NCBI RefSeq assembly: GCF_009914755.1
Contig: NC_060930.1
Direction: 5' to 3' (one strand)
DNA from: the human T2T-CHM13v2.0 reference genome, Homo sapiens
DNA length: 64,000 nt
Shown here: piece after piece, positions 58,657 to 64,000 of the stretch
How positions within the stretch are numbered: the first letter of the stretch is position 1
How the letters are laid out: each line of letters begins with the position of its first letter
The notes under the pieces: generated by a model
Databases searched by the model: none
Seen by the model: the letters and a program-made list of their open reading frames with translations, nothing else
What the model was told of the DNA's origin: nothing
Translations under genes and position numbers: made by a program

Positions 58657-61600
58657 CTTTGCCTCTCTTCTAAAGCCATCTTTCCAACCCTATTCCCTGC
58701 ACATTCAGCAAAAGATCTTACCTTTAAAATAATAATAATAATAATAATTGTGGGACTCAAGCACAAATTATCTTAATTTCTAAGCTGGGCCTGCAGATTT
58801 TCTCTAAATCTGTACCTCTTCATTCCTCCTGTTATTTAGATCCCTTAGACATGTGTGCTGTTGATCCCTCGTACTTGTTTTCTTCAGGACTTTACGCCGT
58901 GAAGTGACCTGTTCTCCCCCTATATCTCTCTATATCTTTAGTCTCCAACTCTTTAGTGACTTTTTCCTCAGCCTGTAACATTTTCCTTCATCCTGCATTT
59001 GCCTTTAACTCCTCTCTTACATCTCTCTTTTTTACTTAGCCAAGCTTTTAGTGTCCGCATAAGCTTCCATTCACCAGGGCCATTTTAAGGTCTTCACTGT
59101 CCCAGCGTACTCTGTGTTGGAGGTCTTACCCTGGATCACTAGAACCTATAAAATGGATCTACATCACTGATTAAATAGGGTTAATTATTTTGAAAAGATT
59201 TGTGGCTTTTGCTTTTGAAGTGATTTGGATTGAGTAAGTCACTTATGATTGATTATGACTTCTTGGCAATCATTATGCTTGCTAAGGAATTCATGTGAAG
59301 TAAAAAAGAAACATCCCTAACCTAGAAATTGTTTCCGAGTGGAATGAAATGTTTCTGAGTGCCAGGTTTATCAATTAGTAATGTTAATTTATTAATTTTA
59401 AATTTAATTATTTTAAGTTTAATTTAAATGTTCAGGTCTCAGGCATTTTTGTAGACCTTTGAAAGCTTATAGGCATAGGCACTTAAGGTTCTTCCTAATG
59501 GCACAACTAGCTTCAGTCCCTCCTTCTTTACTGAAATTGCTCTGGCAAAAGCCACTAGCGACCTCTGTAAAACCAAATCCAGTCCACTTGTCAGCATTTG
59601 TCATGCTGAACCTTTTTCTGTTTTACACCGTCGATCATACCTTCCCTTCTGGAAACTCCTTATCCTAAGGATTCCATGTTCTTTTTTGTTTATTTGTTTT
59701 TCTTACTCTCCTCTGACCCTTCCTTCTTAGGGTTCATCATAGAATCAGTCTCCTTCTCTTCCCCTTAAACTTGGTCGTCTCCCTTTGGTTTAGAACTTTT
59801 TTTACATGCCCGTTCTAAATGATAATTTCCAGCCCCTGTGTCAGGTCTGGCCTTTCTTGAGAGCCTTAGGCCTGCATATTCAGCTGTTTCTGGACACAGG
59901 CACCTGAGTGTCCAAACAGGAATCTCACACTGAACTCCTTCTTTGCTTGTTTATCTGTGTTATTTATCTCAGTTAATGGGAAACTTATCCCTATTCAAAC
60001 AAGCCAAAAACCTGGAATTCTCCTTTTTCTTGAAAAATTGGTAAACATTTTCCCAGTACGAAGTGGAGCATTGCTTCACAGGCAGTATATAGAAGCAACA
60101 TCATTTTTTTTAGAAATATAATTTTAATTTTAACATTCGTTGTAGCTACTAAATTACTGTTTCACCTCCATGCTAAATGTAACTGGAGGCTAGTGATTGC
60201 ATATTCCAATATAGGATTATCGAAGACTTTCTTGTAACAAGGAAAATAAATAGAAAAGGAAGCCAAAATCATTTGAAAACCCTTCACTTTTGACTATATT
60301 ACATGTATATATATTTGTAATTCTCAACACATGTCGAGAATAAGACTTTAATCGTTCTAATGCCTGTGTGAGTCTAGTCTCATTATTTGAATGTGGTGAC
60401 CACTGATTGGAAAGGTCAGAAAAGGTGCATTTTTGGTGGATTTTTACTCCATGTGATATGAGTTAAATTTATCCTCTGAAGAATTTTAAATCTGATTGGA
60501 TTGATGATATTTTTAGTGTCAGAAAACCATTTTAACAAGAAGAAAAAGATTTCAGATATAAGACCAACAGTAACCTGTTTAATTTTTAGGACTGATAACT
60601 ATACAGATACTACCTTTAGATTCTCTGGATGGCTAATATTTGCAACACAAGCTTTTTAAATATAAGTTTTTAATTTGTTGCCCATTGTTATATTTAGGTT
60701 TGTAAATTTTTCAAATTTAATTTTAAAATTGTTTATATGGTGGGTGTTATATCAAAACTGATGATATGGTGGATATTTTAGAAAATGTAAGTTTCATATT
60801 TCTATTTGAAATTCATGTTGCTATTTACCAAATATAATAGAAGCTTTAAGACCTTTACCTCTGTAGTAGCTCATTACATTTCACAGAATAACTAATGAAG
60901 ATCTAAGAAGTGATATATAACATAGCATTGGAAATTGTTTAGTATGGTTTATGTTAAATAAAAACTTCAACTTTTATGAAGAATATCAGAACTCCCTTCA
61001 GCTGGTGGACAATATAGTCTATCAAAATACATCTTGATTCTTTCTAAACTTCACTCAAGATAATACTAAAGTTAAAATGTTTCATAGTAGATTATTTCTA
61101 TTCTTCCATGAATGTTATCATCGTAGATTTTAGCATATTATCTTTTTCCTATATACTGTCCCTTAAGTTAGTTAACTTCTCTTCCTGCCAAGCCACATTT
61201 GTTGTGCCAACCGTGCATAAGCATTATTTGAGTTGTAAATGCTTGTTTTTGGTTTCATACCAAGTAGATCATTTCATAAACAGAAAAGCAAACCAGGTAT
61301 GTATGACAACCAAACAAAAGTAAAAGCTGTTATAATTCATAGTTTTTTTCATTAGGAAGAGCAGCATTCCGTGTCTTCCACATTGTAGCAAATTCTCAGA
61401 TATCTGAAGATTTTAATTGATAAAGCTAAAATGACCAGTTTAGCCTCAGAGTAACACTCCAGTTTCATGATACTTTTATAAATATTATAACCTTTAAAAC
61501 TTTTTTATCAGTGGTCTTAATGGCCTTTGATAATAATAAGCCAGACCAAGCACTTAATTTTTTTAGACATATGGATTTGGGGGCAAGAAAAATATAAAGT

Positions 61601-61989
61601 GAATTTTAATTTCAGTGTTGTCAAACTGTATTCAGCCACAGTTTGCGTGATGTGAGTCTCTCTCTGCCTATGTCAGCAACATTAATGTTTCCAACTCAAC
61701 TGTTAAGCTACTTTTTGGTGACAAAATTGTACAACTGTACTCTACTTTAAAATTCAGGCATATTTACAGAATGTCTGTTATCTGCCAGCCATTGTAATAG
61801 ACAGTTTGAAATGTCTTTTTGAGGAAATGATAAAAATGAAGGCTTGGAGACAAGTAGTAACACACCTAGGAGAACCCTAAGCCTGTCAGTTTTGTTGGTA
61901 TCGTGGGACATATGTAGTCACAAATGTAAATAGGGAGTACTGGAAGATATATATTCAATAGAGTAATTATGGGTTGGCACATTCCCAGG

Positions 61990-62215
61990 TAACATAGTAG
62001 GACCACAGACTTTGGAGCCAGACTGCCTTCTACTAGCTGTATAAACTTGAGCAAGTTATTTTAAAACTTGATGGCTCAGTTTCCCCATCCCTGTAAATGG
62101 AGATGCTAATAGTACCCACCACATGGGATTGTTGTGATGGTTAGAAGAGCTAATATACACAAATACTGGTACATAGTAAGTACTATGTAAGTGTTTGCTA
62201 CTTTTGTCATTATTA
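61990..62215 (+). mobile_element. MIR (further MIR pieces at about 62480-62650 and 63355-63600)
   Basis: agactttggagccagactgcc ... ctagctgt...gagcaagtta ... ctcagtttccccatccctgtaaatggaga. Confidence 0.7.
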
Positions 62216-62949
62216 AGGCTAGAATGGATGGTGACAGAAGGCTGTCTCCTTGGGCTTGAGGCCATTTCAGCGCTCTAGTCTTCAAGAGTGAGGTAATTTT
62301 ATTTTACAGCAGTAAGAGCAAGCAGCCCCATCTAGCCTTTTGTTGCCCTCTGCTCCTTGGAGGTGAAAGAGAAGTACGAATTGGGGATAGGAAGTTATCT
62401 AGAATCAGCTCTGTCCTTCCACATCCCTGTTCTTTGGAGATATTTAGAAACGTTCTATAGATTAGACATCTATTATGTAGTGGGGTGAGCATGTAGACCT
62501 TTGAGTGAGTCATACTTGAAGTGAAAAGCTGACTCCTCTATTTACTAGTTGTGAAATATGGGAAATGATACTGTGATCTACCTTGCTGGGATGTTCAGAG
62601 GATTAAATGAAGTAGTATCTGTAAATACTCTGGCACATAATAAGAGCTCAAAAAACTAGCAGATGTTTTAAATGAGAATACTAGTAGTAATAATGTTTCC
62701 CATTTTAAAATGTAAGTACTTTAGGGAGAGCTAGATATTAATCATTCATGCCTTACCTAGCATTACGTTAATAACATAATTATATTGCTTACAGCCACTG
62801 AGGAGCTTTGTGAATAGGAATTTTCATTGCACTGTGAAGGTGAAGTAGGAGAGTGAACCTAGTGAATATGGTGCAGCATGAACCAGGACAGTGGTCACCA
62901 TACAAAGTTGAATATGTCTGGGCATTTGATTCAAATCTGTTACCAGAGG

Positions 62950-63246
62950 GGCTGGGCACAGTGGCTTATGCTTGTATTCCTAGCACTTTGGGAGGCCAAG
63001 GCGGGAAAATTTCTTGAGCCCAGGAATTCGAGACCAGCCTGGACAACATGGTGAGACCGCACCTCTACAAAATTAAAACATTAGCCAGGTATGGTGGCAC
63101 ATACCTGTGATCTCAGCTGCTTGGGTGCTGAGGCAGGAGGATCACTTGAGCCCAGGAGATGGAAGCTGCAGTGAGCCATGTTTGCAACATTGTACTGCCT
63201 GGGCAACAGAGTGAGACCCTGTCTTGAAAAAAACAAACAAAAAAAA
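62950..63246 (+). mobile_element. Alu (AluJ-like)
   Basis: flanked by aaatctgttaccag / aaacctgttaccag. Confidence 0.9.
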
Positions 63247-64000
63247 CCTGTTACCAGGTGACCACTTCTATTTCATTTCAACCTATTTAGAAATTTTCCC
63301 CTAAATTATTATGTATTACCTACACACATTTGTTGAAAAAATTATTTCATAAGGAGGCAGCATGATGTAATAGAAAAAGAGATACAGCTTAAAATCCTGA
63401 ATTTGCCATTACTAGCTATATTATAATTTAATTGTATATTACTTAATATATAATTAATGTAATTTAGTTACATTTAATCTCTCATAAAGTGACTTAACCT
63501 CCCTGAGCCTTTGTTTCCTCAGTCATAAGATGTACTGCTACGAGATTTAAATATCAATATATGCAAGGCTGTTCCCACAGAGCCTGGCCCATATCTGGCA
63601 CTCAGAATTTTATTTTTTATTCCCATATATATTCTTCAGACTTTGTACTTGTTGTCATGTCACTGTAAATATGTTCTTATATTTCTGATCAAAGTTGCTG
63701 AAAACCAGCAAAATGACAAAGACAAATTATGATGTCTGCAGTTTATTTTTAAATGGTTCAGCAAAAATATTCCTTCATATGCGTATGTGTAGAGAGAGAA
63801 AGATAAAACAAATGTGGCAAAATTTTAGCAGTTGGTAAACTAGACAAAGGACATACGGGTGTTCATTTTATTCTTTGAGGTTTATTGTGGGTTGGTAATT
63901 TTCAAAATAAAAACATTTGAGAAAAAAGCAAACTGTATTTACTCATGCAAAATAAGACCCTAAAATACCTTCTAGTTAATGTTATTATTTAATGATATTA

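Noticed and set aside
59370-59430. AT-rich quasi-palindromic stretch (also about 63415-63480)
   Set aside because: Low-complexity sequence; self-complementarity is expected by chance.

Overview
Human (primate) genomic DNA covering the middle of PEX7, the peroxisomal PTS2 receptor (a WD40 protein), on the + strand. Seven coding exons (2-8, 673 nt, about residues 44-268) splice in frame through GT-AG introns; exons 1, 9 and 10 lie outside the window. The rest is intronic and rich in repeats: about 35 Alus, four L1PA/L1HS insertions, a two-LTR THE1/MST MaLR element, MLT1, Tigger3, MADE1, MER5, MER58, MIR and L2. Nearly every ORF in the supplied track is Alu-, L1- or MaLR-derived, or chance. I found no new multi-gene system. 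The most notable structures are (1) a human-specific pre-Ta L1HS with a twin-priming 5' inversion and a 31-bp 3' transduction carrying its own AATAAA; (2) a recent 72-bp templated insertion with a fold-back hairpin inside a TA tract, resembling a repair scar; (3) a MADE1 hairpin fully paired in the PEX7 sense RNA; (4) several candidate cryptic or poison exons and a CTCF-like site beside exon 5. Repeat subfamily labels come from recalled consensus sequences, and repeat boundaries are approximate unless a TSD is quoted.
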